DNA of 62,920 nucleotides, filler included, from Octopus bimaculoides (Eukaryota): assembly GCF_001194135.2 (NCBI RefSeq). It is 6 parts of 6 records of this genome, joined end to end, with 100 filler letters (N's around TTAATTAATTAA, not from the genome) between each part and the next. Parts side by side here need not be neighbours in the genome. Positions count along the whole stretch, not along the records: positions 10,108 to 38,627 come from NC_069003.1; 5 more parts are not named here. The stretch is one strand, 5' to 3'. The translations under genes and the position numbers were made by a program. Shown piece by piece: positions 10,108-24,418 of the stretch (position 1 is the first letter of the stretch; the number at the start of each line of letters is the position of its first letter). Below the pieces are notes generated by a model, which was not told where the DNA came from, did not search any database, and saw nothing but the letters and a program-made list of their open reading frames with translations.

Positions 10108-13099
10108 ATATATATACAAGCACACATAAATATAATGGACACTATTACTCGGTGCAGAATAGTACAATGTAAGTTGGTGTTGCTCTATTTTTAATACCGC
10201 TTCCATCCGGATCTGCTGAGGGCTAACATTTAGTTTCTCTCAAATCTTAACATTTCACTTAGTGTAAATTGTGGTATACATTGCATGTCATGGGAAAGAA
10301 AAGAAAGGGACATTTGCAGAGATGCCAGATGTGTTCGTCAGAGCTAAATATTGTAGTGTTGGGTCGTTTTAATTGAGAGTAATTGAGAGTAACGATATGA
10401 TATCACAAACATTCACACAAGTGTTCATAATTTCTTCCCTATCTTCCTTGAAATCCGTCATTTCAAGGAACATGTTACGCTGAATGTGCTATGCTAGTAA
10501 TTATGTATCATAGACACACAAGCAGTTTTCTATCCTTGGATTCGTCCGGATTGGTAGGATATTTTGGTCATATAGCCATTACTGTTTCAAAATTTCCTCA
10601 TTCAATAGATTTACTTTGTTTGGTAGTAGCTTAAGAACGTAAATCGGAAGAATACTGCTATGCATAATGGATCGATCGAATGTCTGAATAGGTACTCCCT
10701 TTTTATTTTTGTTTGTGCGTGAGAGTGTATCAATTCTGGTATTCAAGGTGTTCACTCAAAGGTGATAGAATTAGTGACTGAATCTCGTAATCGGCACCAA
10801 AGTGGGGTTTTGTTTTTAAAAGAGCGGACATATTAAATAATGTCGATTGAAAAGAAAAATTACTGACATTGAAACTGTTATGGTTGTGAATTTGTTCGTT
10901 CTGAGCTATTCAAGAGACGAAACACTAACAACAACGGCAACAACAAACATGATCATTGTGGAAGAGATGAGGATAATGCAATTCAGAACAAGAACACAGA
11001 AGTGTAATACTGGAATTAATAATTCAGAAATATAGAAAGTCAATAGTATTCTTTTGGCATTTTTTCAATATTAGTGCCGTTGATTACAGGTTTACAAAAG
11101 AATCAGTCTCTGTTTCACTACAAACAACGGCGTGTGTAATACGATATTTTCAGTGCAATTCGGAATAGAAAAAATGTCATAGGGGACATCGTTCGAAAAT
11201 AACAGTTTTATTGGGTTTTTTTCTTTCCAATGTTTACACCTTTCATCGATATATTTCGACAAAACATACGTACATGTTAAAAGCTCCATCTTCACAGTTC
11301 ATTGCCGTCTCTTACTCTTATAATTCCTTGTTGTCAAGAGTATTTCTGAGTGGATTCATGATCTCTCGGTTCACTATTGAGTTTCGTTGCAGATCTGCAT
11401 GGTTTGAAACATAAGTAACAGCCGAAACTTGCAACTGTTTGGGTCTGCATACGGCGTCACTCTTCCATGGCCAAAGGACTTTCAGTAGATTGGCTGACCA
11501 TTAAGGACACCTAAAGATACATTCGTACGTCATTGAACTACAGTGATAGATGCTTGTATAACACGCGTACATACATTCATTTATACATATATGCATACAT
11601 GTATACATGCAAAAATGTTTATATGCTAACATATAAAACGTCTTTAGTATAGAACAATGACTGCGAATCGCTGAACAATCAAAATATGCTCTGAAATTTC
11701 ATTCAAGTAGAGAATACATATATGGATATATGCATACGATCAAATAAATATGTTTCCGAGCAGTCAAACGGATCATCAACACTAAAGGTTTGAGTTATTG
11801 TCGCCGGAATGAAGATAGTAATTTTACTAAGAACTGGAAATGTAAGGGGTATAAACACTTGAAATATATTTTGTGAGAGGTGAGAAGAAAGAATACAATT
11901 ATTCATCTCTGAACATTCGGCTAAAAGACAAATTGCATTTGGCGACAAACAGTAACAGTTTAACTAGCGTAATGTTAGCAGAGATTAAGGTAATGGGGGG
12001 GGGGGGGTGAATATAGAAAACAGAATAATGTCCCTTCATTTTGGTATGTTGACTTTTGTTTATATGCCCTTTTACAAAAGCAAAATAGTAAGTTGGAAAT
12101 ATTGAAAAAGTTAGCAAAAGTAAAGCTATAAAGAAGAATTTTGCATATGCATCGGAATAGATACCCGGATGAAAGATTGTATGCTTTTGAACAGGTCGTG
12201 AAAAGTTTGTATCAGAAAACTTCTAAAGTCATACGACTGAGATAACTAAAAACGCTATCGTAGATTTGGAAAATGAAAAACAAAGAAATGACTATACTTC
12301 TAACCCGCAAAACAAATTGAAATAATGTGGTATCAATGATTAGGTATTTCAAAAAGACACCACTTGAATATAAATTGAGTGCTTTTAAAAAGAGTTTAAA
12401 ATATGTCTGAGAGAAACTCCAGGTTCAAAAGTCTGATTATCTCGTGATTTTTTCCCCTTGGAAAGAAAAGAAATTGATGAGAAATTCAGTAGAAAACATT
12501 GATAACATTAAAAAGATATATATAACGCACTGGTTTTTCTCCCGAGACATATGGATTCATTCTGAAAATAAGATTGGAAAAAGGAAAGGAATTTTAACCA
12601 GGTTACGGTGTGATCTAAAGGCATCTACGAGAAGTAATTTTCCTGCAATACTTAAATATAAATTAACAGCGGTTACTACCTTGAGATTGTGTGTGAAAAA
12701 CTTCACCACTGGAAAACACACAGAAGAGATTTGAATGTCAGATACTGGTACACAATCTGACTTTCTATGGACGCTATCTTGTTAACCTTTACTTGTAAAA
12801 CTCTCAAGGAGCATATAAATACTAAGTTCATATGAGTTAGTTGAAAGAAATTTGTTACCAAGACAACAATGCTTCTTGTATGGCGAAAATCTAGCGGCCA
12901 GTTCTTTATCGGAATTTCATTGTATGCATGTATCCAGGCTCAACCTATTACGCAAACATCATTGTTGTAATAGTATGATCCTTGATGAAAATGCAGCTCG
13001 GCACACAATATTTAATCGATGAGTAGAGCAAATTCTAATTAAGAAAAACAGTTATGCCAGTATTATAGCAGCATAGAAGAAACTTAGTTACCATGAAGC

Positions 13100-13450
13100 T
13101 GGTAACAAGTAAATATTCAATTGTGTTCTCCATATGTGGCTTCTACATGCTGTCAACATTATAAACTTATAGAAATCATTATGGATCCCGTGGACAACAT
13201 GAAGTTAAATACTGGAATTTTGCTTATTGGCAATGATACGATACAATATTGCAGGAGTTTATTTCAAGGAGAAAAGCTATGACGCTATTTATACTATGAG
13301 AAGAACCATGTCTTTTTTGTTCAGAAATTCTGAATGGTATGTAATTGTCTGACGAGAAGAACGAAACACTATTTAAAAATAGAGATTCTTTATCAATGTC
13401 ATTTTTGTATATGATTAGCTTGAAAAGCTTTGACCATTTTACACTATTCT
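13100..13450 (+). pseudogene. Very old non-LTR retrotransposon reverse-transcriptase remnant
   Basis: Frameshifted traces in the expected RT motif order: MLSTL*T (cf. LLSTLYKL), GVYFKEKSYDAIYTMR (cf. GFRxGRSTxDAIFxLR), CTTGAAAAGCTTTGACCAT (cf. LEKAFD). Confidence 0.4.
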
Positions 13451-13927
13451 CAAGAGAGGGAATAATGATGTTTGCTCAGGATAAATGCCCCTTTATGATC
13501 ACAAATCGAAAGTAATCTGCAAGCTGGTACAGCATCATCTCTATCAATTGCCGGAATATTTTTTGGGTAACTTATGAGATAAATACTAGACAATTAGTAT
13601 ACTTAGAAACAGATGAATATATAATCTGAAATTAAAATTAAACGCGCTAGCAGGGGAAATCCATCTAAACATACATAACAATTACAGTACTCTACATGCA
13701 TTAAATGAGTGGACCAGAATCATATGGGTTACACGATCGAGTGCTTGGCAAAATTCAATACTATTAGCCAACATCAAAAAGTTTCACATCAATAAGCTAT
13801 GGTTGAAGACATTTGCCCAGATGCAGTCGTGTGATGTGATTGAGCACAGAGGCAGTTAAATCTGAAACGAATTTGAAAACAACACAACGAAAACACCGCA
13901 CTCCATTCACTAAGTAGTGCTGCCCTT

Positions 13928-14230
13928 CTAACCGACTATAAGAGTTTCAATTGATCTGATCAACGGAACAGCTTGCTCGTGAAATTCAAGCGCAAGTAGC
14001 CGAGTAATCTACAGACACGCGAGCCTTATCTTAGATCTCAGGGAAATTTAACATGACACAAAATGTGACAAGGTTAGCTCTTTGAATCACAGGTACTACT
14101 TATTTTCGCCAGCTGAATGGGATGAAGCAACGTGAAATAAAGTGCCTTGCTTGTGGACAAATCACGCCGCCAATTCTCGTACCCGCCCTCTTGCGATTGC
14201 CAGCAGAATGCCCTAACCACTACTCCATGA
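13928..14230 (-). mobile_element. tRNA-derived SINE, family C (my label)
   Basis: Minus strand head TGGAGTAGTGGTTAGGGCA..., then AGCAAGGCACTTTATTTCACGTTGCTTCATCCCATTCAGCTG, shared with copies at 21641, 27212, 32545 and 52982. Confidence 0.7.
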
Positions 14231-15097
14231 GCTTTCAATGTGCTGCTCTTATCCGTTTACTATATTGATTTCTAACGTTCTATTAAACGTTCGTAATATT
14301 AAAAAGTCTATTATCTACCTCAATAAAAGGACAAGTATACATGATGTAATATCAAGTAGTGTACAAGCCCAAAGGTTACTACTTGTAATTTGATCCAAAA
14401 GTCAACTCTGTTGTGCAACAAACTCGTATAAGGTAGTCTTCTATAGATGATAATGTCAAACTAAGTAAAACAAAAAAAGGAAAAAGGAAAATTAAACATT
14501 GACAGCTTGTCAAATCTAAACAGAAAGTAAGTGGAGGATACAGATCGGGTAACATAGGATGGAGACATCATCTAAAGTTGCGTAATGATGTGTATTCTAC
14601 GGTACAGAAACATTAAAGTCTTCGATCCTACATTACGTCCACGTACGTGGAAATATATACGTGTTAATTTACGTCATAAGAAATGTGCTAGAAATACCAT
14701 GCCAGTTTCACGCGCTAATTAGGCATAAAGGCAAAGAAATTTATAAAGAAATTTATATATATATANNNNNNNNNNNNNNNNNNNNNNNNNNNNNNNNNNN
14801 NNNNNNNNNNNNNNNNNNNNNNNNNNNNNNNNNNNNNNNNNNNNNNNNNNNNNNNNNNNNNNNNNNNNNNNNNNNNNNNNNNNNNNNNNNNNNNNNNNNN
14901 NNNNNNNNNNNNNNNNNNNNNNNNNNNNNNNNNNNNNNNNNNNNNNNNNNNNNNNNNNNNNNNNNNNNNNNNNNNNNNNNNNNNNNNNNNNNNNNNNNNN
15001 NNNNNNNNNNNNNNNNNNNNNNNNNNNNNNNNNNNNNNNNNNNNNNNNNNNNNNNNNNNNNNNNNNNNNNNNNNNNNNNNNNNNNNNNNNNNNNNNN

Positions 15098-15140
<43 letters not shown>

Positions 15141-15648
15141 CTACGGAAAGTAATTCGATGAAAAAACACAGATTTGAGTTTAAAAGACTAAAGAATATAT
15201 TACAATCATAATAGAAAAATTAATATACAATATCGTACGAAAAATGATTTATTTCTTCCAGCATAACTGGTTTCGCTATGGCTTTTCGAATTTTCTTCTA
15301 AAAGTAGTCTTCTGTGTCTTGTCTTCTTCTTTCTTTCCTCATATATTCAACCACATGTTATCACTCACCATACATCCTACCCATAATAAAACTCCTAGTT
15401 TCGGATGTCTGGTCAGAAATCTGCTCCAGCATCTCGTCATTTATCAAGGCAATCAATAACTGATGAGATGCCGTAACAGATTCCTCCCCCCACCCCACGA
15501 CATCCGTCACTCGGAGTGTTGTTATGGCAACCGAATAATTGTCACATATCATATTATAGATAAATTCCTCTATTTACATAATATCGAGGTCTCATTCATT
15601 CTTTTGTTGTCATACCATTACTATCAAGACATGCATATATGTGTGAGT

Positions 15649-15729
<81 letters not shown>

Positions 15730-17842
15730 TGTGTGTCTGTAACTTATGTGATGCGCGTGAATTTTGCGTGGTGCTGCATGTTATTCGCAACTTTGATCTA
15801 TGAGTTATTTTCTTAATTTCTCAAAAAACAGCTCATTTATTGCATCGCAGAGAAATTCTTTGTAGCTGCAATCTACTTCTATCGGTTGATGAAGGAGAAA
15901 AAGCATTATTCACAAGATCAGTATAACTTTATTTATCTCTCCCTCTTCTTCTCTCATTACATTTCTCATCATTTCTCTCCCTTTCTATCTCTCGCTGAAT
16001 GATCTCAAACATCATTTCTCTACGTCCTTTGCATTATTGATAATATGTACGTTATTCATATTGATCCCTAGTTCAGATACTGATAATAAATCTGCGAATG
16101 GAATCCCTTTTGTGATGGTACATGCTGACAGTGATAACGAATTCTCATTAAATTTTTGATCTTTATATTGCATGCTGAATTTCTCAACCCATTAGTATTT
16201 TGCTAAAAGATACATTTGCATCATCAGAATTGGTCACGTGAACGACAATTTACACATAAAAATGAGGTCATGCCTAGGCAATCTTCTCTATATACAAATG
16301 AGCACAGGATAATTTCGAAAAACATTTTTATTTGATGGAGCACTATCGATTGGAGCTGCTTAACTTCTATATCTTAAGCTATATTGCCACTTCCTTAATT
16401 ATCCAGCATTACTCAATATGTGACACGCCATAATCTGAAAATAATTATGAAAACCTTTTTCAGGATTGATGTATAATTAAATCAAGTTTGTTAAATTTTT
16501 AATAAATGAACATTTACCTGAACTCTTAGTTGTAACGTTGTAAACGTAGTTTAGTGAAGCTTTATTCAAGAACTAAAATTTCTTCAATGTCCTCCAGTCA
16601 GTAGTTTTCTTTTCAATGGAAATGATTAGTTTTCCTCTGATAATTTTTCTAGGGTGTTGTTGTTACAAAGAATCAGCCCTAGAAAATAAGAGCGCTATAT
16701 AATAGTTACCTGAGTTACAAATAACTTCAGGAGTCTGTTTAATATCAAGTAACCCCATCACGCGTGCAATGTAATGATCAGAACAAGACTACATGCATAC
16801 ATAGTACTATATACATGCACAATACATGCAGACATAGATACAAGCCCACATATTGTCATCTTGTAAGGGAAGATCATATCTAATAAATATCTGCCCACAG
16901 TAATGTTACATGTAGTAACAAGACGTCTTGCATCAGCTTATATGTGTGAATGGCATACCTATAGATATACTCAAAGCTACCCATTAACTTTTGACTAAAA
17001 CTTTGCCAAGGCATCTGTCCGATTCACTTAGACCTTTCGTAGTAATATGTTTATGAGACATATCACTGTGGACTGGTAAAACGAGTCGCTGCTAAAATCT
17101 TAATTTATTGATCTCTTCGTTTCCGTTAAGAAAGATCGTTTTATATAAGAAAAGTAGTTTCGCATCTGTCTGACATACGCTGCTGCTTCATATTACTTGA
17201 TATTTTATTGAGACGGATATGATCGACTTGAAGTATATGCTTAAGAAAAATTCCTTTATGTAACATTGAAAATTAGTCTTATTTATGGACGATAATACCG
17301 TACGATGTTACAATTAATATAATTACCATATTCAATATTTTGAGCACTCTTTTTATCGGGAAATTACTGTCAAATTATAAAATATCTGCGTTTATTTATA
17401 AAGTATGAGAGTTTATGTAAGTGTGTGTGTATAAGATACTTAATTCTGATTCAAATAAATATAACCTGAAAGATAAGAGGCAGTCAGTGATAAGAAGTAA
17501 AGTCGAATAGAGTGTTATTGTGCTTGAATATGGTTGCAATTCTCTCTAGTTGAAAGAGAGTATATAGGCATACTTTAAAGTAGGTTACATTCAATACGTT
17601 GCAGTAGTATGTTGAAAAGCAGTAATTTATAGAGTAAATACCTTAGCGATGTGAGGTCCAGTTTACATGACATTGGCAAATAAAAACAACCAAAATTATA
17701 AGTAAAAATATGATACATCGAAATGGAACCAGTTGATGAGTTCTAGATAAACATATGACTATATATTAGGTACACAGAGTGTATGATATAAAATATATAT
17801 GATAAACAAGATTACATCTGGTTGGATATAATTTGCCCTTTG

Positions 17843-18045
17843 CTTATTTCAGTCATTAGACTGTTGTGATTCTAGGGCAGCACTTTGTTGGCTTCGACAC
17901 GAGGATATAATTTCCAAATTCTGGCACATAATCAATCAGTGTCCTTTTATCGAAACATGAACTGTACGTAGAAAAAAACACCGACAAAGTTGGTTGTCAA
18001 GTAGTGGTACGATATACACAAAAACAGTGGTACACATACACACAC
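17843..18045 (-). mobile_element. Degraded SINE family B 3' module
   Basis: TTATTTCAGTCATTAGACTG...GGTTGTCAAG...CACATACACACAC resembles the 34147-34350 copy. Confidence 0.45.
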
Positions 18046-19074
18046 ACATATTAACGAAAATTAATGATACTTTCGTCAGAGCCGTTGCAGGAAATAACAA
18101 ACATAGCACTTGAAGAATGGCTATTCTCTGGAGAAAATGGAGGAAGATTGAGATGTTTCATTAGAAAAAGTAAAGGCAGATTACAATAAGGTAATAGCAA
18201 TTGAGGGAGTGGTACTTAGTAGAAGTAACAATAATAGTATTAGTAGTTGTAGTACTAATAGCATTATATTCGCAGATTTGGCAGAGCAACAGTCACAAAC
18301 ATAGGTCAGCAACATTACTATATTGTCATTGAATATTGGTCCGATATTTTCCAGCCAATGCGTTTCAATTTGGTATTGGATTTTCATGGATACGAGTGAA
18401 TCTAAGACAGTCATTTCCAGTTTTTCATCTAATATAGTGGGGGAATAATTTAGATGATTAGAATAAACTTACAGAGTAATGTGTTATACCAAAACAATTA
18501 TGACGAAGGTGACATCATCAACATCAACAACGTCAATATTAATAACATCAATAACAATAATATCAAAATCACAATAAAATCATCTTCCAAAATAATAACA
18601 GAAGTTACAATGCCAATAACCATGGCGTAATAATAAAACAGCGGGAAGAGGGTAATAGTCAGAATACTGTTTGAAAGTAGATTGAAGTTAAAAGAAAATA
18701 TAAAATCTTAAAGGAATAAAATAGGACAAATAAAATACGATAAAATCTTTAAAGAACTTTATATATATATATATNNNNNNNNNNNNNNNNNNNNNNNNNN
18801 NNNNNNNNNNNNNNNNNNNNNNNNNNNNNNNNNNNNNNNNNNNNNNNNNNNNNNNNNNNNNNNNNNNNNNNNNNNNNNNNNNNNNNNNNNNNNNNNNNNN
18901 NNNNNNNNNNNNNNNNNNNNNNNNNNNNNNNNNNNNNNNNNNNNNNNNNNNNNNNNNNNNNNNNNNNNNNNNNNNNNNNNNNNNNNNNNNNNNNNNNNNN
19001 NNNNNNNNNNNNNNNNNNNNNNNNNNNNNNNNNNNNNNNNNNNNNNNNNNNNNNNNNNNNNNNNNNNNNNNNNN

Positions 19075-19119
<45 letters not shown>

Positions 19120-19176
19120 ATATAGTTACAATTATAGTTTTCCTTTTTGGCAAAACAGGCTGTCTATATTAAATTG

Positions 19177-19210
<34 letters not shown>

Positions 19211-19234
19211 CAAGTGCCTTGGCCTGCATTCCTT

Positions 19235-19360
19235 ATCTCTCACAAAGTATTGGTCAACTGGACGGTAAAATAGAAGACACGTGATCAAGTTGTCATGCAG
19301 TACAACGTCGCCTGAGTCCTCATCGTTGAGTAGCAAGCTATTTAACCACTAACACATGCC
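19235..19360 (-). mobile_element. Degraded SINE family B head
   Basis: CTCACAAAGTATTGGTC...TAGAAGACACGTGATCAAG...AGCAAGCTATTTAACCAC resembles 34500-34625. Confidence 0.55.
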
Positions 19361-20280
19361 AAGTGAGGATATTGCATTGGCTAAATCCCAGCTGTTAAAC
19401 TTTATACATTATCGTTATTACTAAAGTATAGCAATGGTGCTGACAATAAATAACAAGAAGCGCAGTTAATAGGAAATAATTGTCGAAGGCTGTACGAATG
19501 ATTACACACTAATATTTATATGTGAAAACACAGTATGCTATTTAATACCAAATGTATGTTATTTAATGCTCCATAGTCGTGCAGAATATGCGAACAAAAA
19601 GTTAAGTGACTGAAATCAATTGGGACAAAGAACGATACGTAGTCGTCTAACAATATTATCTACGGTACAAAGAAACCTTTAAAAAAATGAACTTTGCAGA
19701 AATTGTATTTCTGTGATATTGACGTTTTTGCTATTAGTTATTTCGAGCTGTGTGGTTAGTATTCGTCCATATACATATGTAAGACATTTACTGTAGCGAA
19801 ATTTTAATAAAGTATGATCGCAACAAGGCATGGCGTAGATATATCGATCATCAACACGATGAACATACAATAGTTCCCATGGAGTTATATTTTCAAACGA
19901 GATCAATATTTTGTATGCAATGTAACTTTCTCAAGCAAACTTACTTAAGGCACTTTGCACATGAGAAGGTTATCCATAAAAAGTTCCAAATCTCAAAGCA
20001 GAGGGAATTGAAGCCATTCTGTTAATTCAAGTCAGATTGAAAATTTATTAAAACTACCACTACAACAAGGTCTTGTGTTCCAAACTGAGATAGAAGATGT
20101 AATAAAAGAGGAACAAGACATTTTCACCGAAGGTGACTTTATGAAGTGTCATTTAGGTCAACTAAAATATATTGGATGGCAGAACTGCAAAGAAATAGCA
20201 AATGGAATCTCAACGGCATGCCAGATGTAGAAGTGAATATCATCATTATCAAGAGAATATATACAATTAAGAAAATTGTA

Positions 20281-20640
20281 TTATGGTATCGAAGCATACC
20301 TGAACCAATTACAGAAATCTGATGACATAACACGGAAGAACTTGCAAATATCAGGAAAAAATCAATACGTGGATAGGTAGAAATATATCCAAAGAATTTA
20401 AAAGGTATGTAGATAAAACGAAAATGAAAATGAAAGAATTATAAAAGATATATGCCTTATGTAAGAGCGGAAGATGCAATGTAAGGGAGAAAACGAATTA
20501 GATTAACGCTGAATAAATATCAGAAGAGATGATGTGATTAACCTATGAGTAACATGGATAGATTAATGCGTTCTAAGAAGAAAAGATGTTTATGTTAGTA
20601 GAGCTTTTCAAGATAATCAGATAAGACAGCAAAGAACATC
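20281..20640 (+). repeat. Old dispersed repeat, copy 1 (copy 2 at 22811-23165)
   Basis: Shared colinear words ATTATGGTATCGAA and GATGTGATTAA(C/T)CTAT, with similar downstream ends. Confidence 0.5.
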
Positions 20641-21289
20641 ATGCAAATGGGCGCAGAAATATTTGTGCTTTAAGAAATTCACCCTGGTATCTCTTGGTTC
20701 AGATTTCGATGCCACTGCACTACAACATAATCGTGTGATTTCAAACATAAAGATAGATTTGACCAAGATATTCATAGTGTGAATAAACACTCAGATAGTT
20801 TGATGCTTTTTCTACATACATATACGTATACATACATACATATATATGGACATACATATAAACATACACATACACATGCACATACGCACACACTCATAAA
20901 TGTATATATATATATATATATATATATATNNNNNNNNNNNNNNNNNNNNNNNNNNNNNNNNNNNNNNNNNNNNNNNNNNNNNNNNNNNNNNNNNNNNNNN
21001 NNNNNNNNNNNNNNNNNNNNNNNNNNNNNNNNNNNNNNNNNNNNNNNNNNNNNNNNNNNNNNNNNNNNNNNNNNNNNNNNNNNNNNNNNNNNNNNNNNNN
21101 NNNNNNNNNNNNNNNNNNNNNNNNNNNNNNNNNNNNNNNNNNNNNNNNNNNNNNNNNNNNNNNNNNNNNNNNNNNNNNNNNNNNNNNNNNNNNNNNNNNN
21201 NNNNNNNNNNNNNNNNNNNNNNNNNNNNNNNNNNNNNNNNNNNNNNNNNNNNNNNNNNNNNNNNNNNATATATATATATGTATATATAT

Positions 21290-21341
21290 TGCCGCAGTCA
21301 AATGACTGAAACAAGTAAAAGACTAAAAGAATAAAAGAATA
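21290..21341 (+). mobile_element. SINE family B 3' end
   Basis: GCCGCAGTCAAATGACTGAAACAAGTAAAAGACTAAAAGAATAAAAGAATA directly after a gap and (TA)n. Confidence 0.8.
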
Positions 21342-21640
21342 TACCGAGAGCGATAGAGGTGGGGTAAGAGATACATATAGAAGGATAGAGAAAATTTAGC
21401 CAGGTGGGTAACGGAAGAGCATTAAATTCAGCTTATGGCGTTCTGCGTCGAGTTGTAAGGAGCACGCAGGAGTACTGATAGTAAGTAAGCTCCGAAGCAG
21501 AAACGTCCGTCAGACATATTTGATGTAAATACACAGTATAAGTGATTGTAGAAATAAATAAAAAATACAGACGTACTAATCTCTGTAATTATTATAATTG
21601 TTTTTACACATACATACATACATACATACATAATATATAT

Positions 21641-21739
21641 ACAAGAACACAAGAACACAACACGCAGACCGGTCTGGGAATCGAACTCACTACCTCGTGA
21701 TTGTGTGCCCGATCCTCTAACCACGAAGACATGCGCCTA
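21641..21739 (-). mobile_element. SINE family C head fragment
   Basis: CAAGAACACAACACGCAGACCGGTCTGGGAATCGAAC...CTAACCAC...GCGCCT is the reverse complement of the 52982 head. Confidence 0.8.
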
Positions 21740-21743
21740 TCTC

Positions 21744-21778
<35 letters not shown>

Positions 21779-21818
21779 ATCTCGCTCTCTCTCTCTCTCT
21801 CTCTACCTATCTATCTAT

Positions 21819-21849
<31 letters not shown>

Positions 21850-22611
21850 NNNNNNNNNNNNNNNNNNNNNNNNNNNNNNNNNNNNNNNNNNNNNNNNNNN
21901 NNNNNNNNNNNNNNNNNNNNNNNNNNNNNNNNNNNNNNNNNNNNNNNNNNNNNNNNNNNNNNNNNNNNNNNNNNNNNNNNNNNNNNNNNNNNNNNNNNNN
22001 NNNNNNNNNNNNNNNNNNNNNNNNNNNNNNNNNNNNNNNNNNNNNNNNNNNNNNNNNNNNNNNNNNNNNNNNNNNNNNNNNNNNNNNNNNNNNNNNNNNN
22101 NNNNNNNNNNNNNNNNNNNNNNNNNNNNNNNNNNNNNNNNNNNNNNNNNNNNNNNNNNNNNNNNNNNNNNNNNNNNNNNNNNNNNNNNNNNNNNNNNNNN
22201 NNNNNNNNNNNNNNNNNNNNNNNNNNNNNNNNNNNNNNNNNNNNNNNNNNNNNNNNNNNNNNNNNNNNNNNNNNNNNNNNNNNNNNNNNNNNNNNNNNNN
22301 NNNNNNNNNNNNNNNNNNNNNNNNNNNNNNNNNNNNNNNNNNNNNNNNNNNNNNNNNNNNNNNNNNNNNNNNNNNNNNNNNNNNNNNNNNNNNNNNNNNN
22401 NNNNNNNNNNNNNNNNNNNNNNNNNNNNNNNNNNNNNNNNNNNNNNNNNNNNNNNNNNNNNNNNNNNNNNNNNNNNNNNNNNNNNNNNNNNNNNNNNNNN
22501 NNNNNNNNNNNNNNNNNNNNNNNNNNNNNNNNNNNNNNNNNNNNNNNNNNNNNNNNNNNNNNNNNNNNNNNNNNNNNNNNNNNNNNNNNNNNNNNNNNNN
22601 NNNNNNNNNNN

Positions 22612-22662
<51 letters not shown>

Positions 22663-22716
22663 ATATGTATGTATGTATGCGCGCATATATACCCATATAT
22701 ATTCATATATACTTAC

Positions 22717-22748
<32 letters not shown>

Positions 22749-22810
22749 ATTTGTGTGTGTGTCTGTGTGTGTGTTTATATGGATGCTTATATAATTGAGG
22801 AAAAAGCCAT

Positions 22811-23165
22811 TATGGTATCGAAATGTACCAGAATGATTTTTATGAAATCTGCTGAAGTAACGTCGTTGAGAATCTTACAAGCCTGAGATAAAGTAGCAAT
22901 ACATACATATCTGGGAAGATCTTTTAATGAATTTAAAGAAAAGTCGTGAAAAGAACTGCAATAAAATTATTCGAAATGTTCTACGCAACTGTAGTAAATG
23001 TAAGAAATAACAGAAAGCAAACCAATTAGAATGACTCTGAAGAAACATCGAGAGAGTAGATGTGATTAATCTATACGCAATACAGATTCACTAATGTGCT
23101 AAAATAACAAGATGGCATTATCTATAGCGTTCTTTCTAAGATACGTCAACTGAGCTGCAAGATAG
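22811..23165 (+). repeat. Old dispersed repeat, copy 2
   Basis: Colinear with 20281-20640. Confidence 0.5.
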
Positions 23166-24356
23166 AGCGCGTAAGGAAATGGAAGCAATATCGTAAAACG
23201 TTCGCTTCTCTTCTTTTCCCCTGCATGCACATCTCAGCTTAATGTCGCCTACTTTGAGGGTTTAAATTGGGGGGTATCCTTAATCAGTCTGTCTCTCGAT
23301 ATTTTTGACTCGATCTCTCTCTTAAGTGATATTTATGTATGTATGTATGTATCTATCTATCTATCTTTCTATCTATCTATCTATCTATCTATCCCTCTAT
23401 CTATCTATCTATCTATCTATCTATGAATATATAGTCACGCAGTTTACTCCCACCATATTCATTCACAAAACTTTGGTATATGATTTTTTCTGTGTACGTG
23501 AGTGTGTATGTTCATATACGAATACATGTGTATGAGTTTGCATGTGGTACTATTTGCATGTGTTGTATGAGACGGTATGTAGTGATATCAATATGAAATA
23601 CATTATTCTAATTCCTCCTTCCGCCACGCGTGATGAAGTATGTAATACACGAAAACAAATATATAGATTTATATCTATATGTATATATGNNNNNNNNNNN
23701 NNNNNNNNNNNNNNNNNNNNNNNNNNNNNNNNNNNNNNNNNNNNNNNNNNNNNNNNNNNNNNNNNNNNNNNNNNNNNNNNNNNNNNNNNNNNNNNNNNNN
23801 NNNNNNNNNNNNNNNNNNNNNNNNNNNNNNNNNNNNNNNNNNNNNNNNNNNNNNNNNNNNNNNNNNNNNNNNNNNNNNNNNNNNNNNNNNNNNNNNNNNN
23901 NNNNNNNNNNNNNNNNNNNNNNNNNNNNNNNNNNNNNNNNNNNNNNNNNNNNNNNNNNNNNNNNNNNNNNNNNNNNNNNNNNNNNNNNNNNNNNNNNNNN
24001 NNNNNNNNNNNNNNNNNNNNNNNNNNNNNNNNNNNNNNNNNNNNNNNNNNNNNNNNNNNNNNNNNNNNNNNNNNNNNNNNNNNNNNNNNNNNNNNNNNNN
24101 NNNNNNNNNNNNNNNNNNNNNNNNNNNNNNNNNNNNNNNNNNNNNNNNNNNNNNNNNNNNNNNNNNNNNNNNNNNNNNNNNNNNNNNNNNNNNNNNNNNN
24201 NNNNNNNNNNNNNNNNNNNNNNNNNNNNNNNNNNNNNNNNNNNNNNNNNNNNNNNNNNNNNNNNNNNNNNNNNNNNNNNNNNNNNNNNNNNNNNNNNNNN
24301 NNNNNNNNNNNNNNNNNNNNNNNNNNNNNNNNNNNNNNNNNNNNNNNNNNNNNNNN

Positions 24357-24418
<62 letters not shown>

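Noticed and set aside
14638-14651. 14-bp perfect palindrome TCCACGTACGTGGA
   Set aside because: About four such palindromes are expected by chance in 63 kb (63000/4^7).
15458-15470. Hammerhead ribozyme at CTGATGA
   Set aside because: There is no correctly spaced GAAA and no stems I-III. The motif lies inside a simple hairpin arm.
16518-16678. Minus-strand segment with good acceptor (TTATTTTCTAG) and donor (CAG|GTAAAT) as dachshund exon 2
   Set aside because: All three frames contain stops and it does not encode the expected PGRPPKR. A non-coding or poison exon cannot be supported without RNA data.
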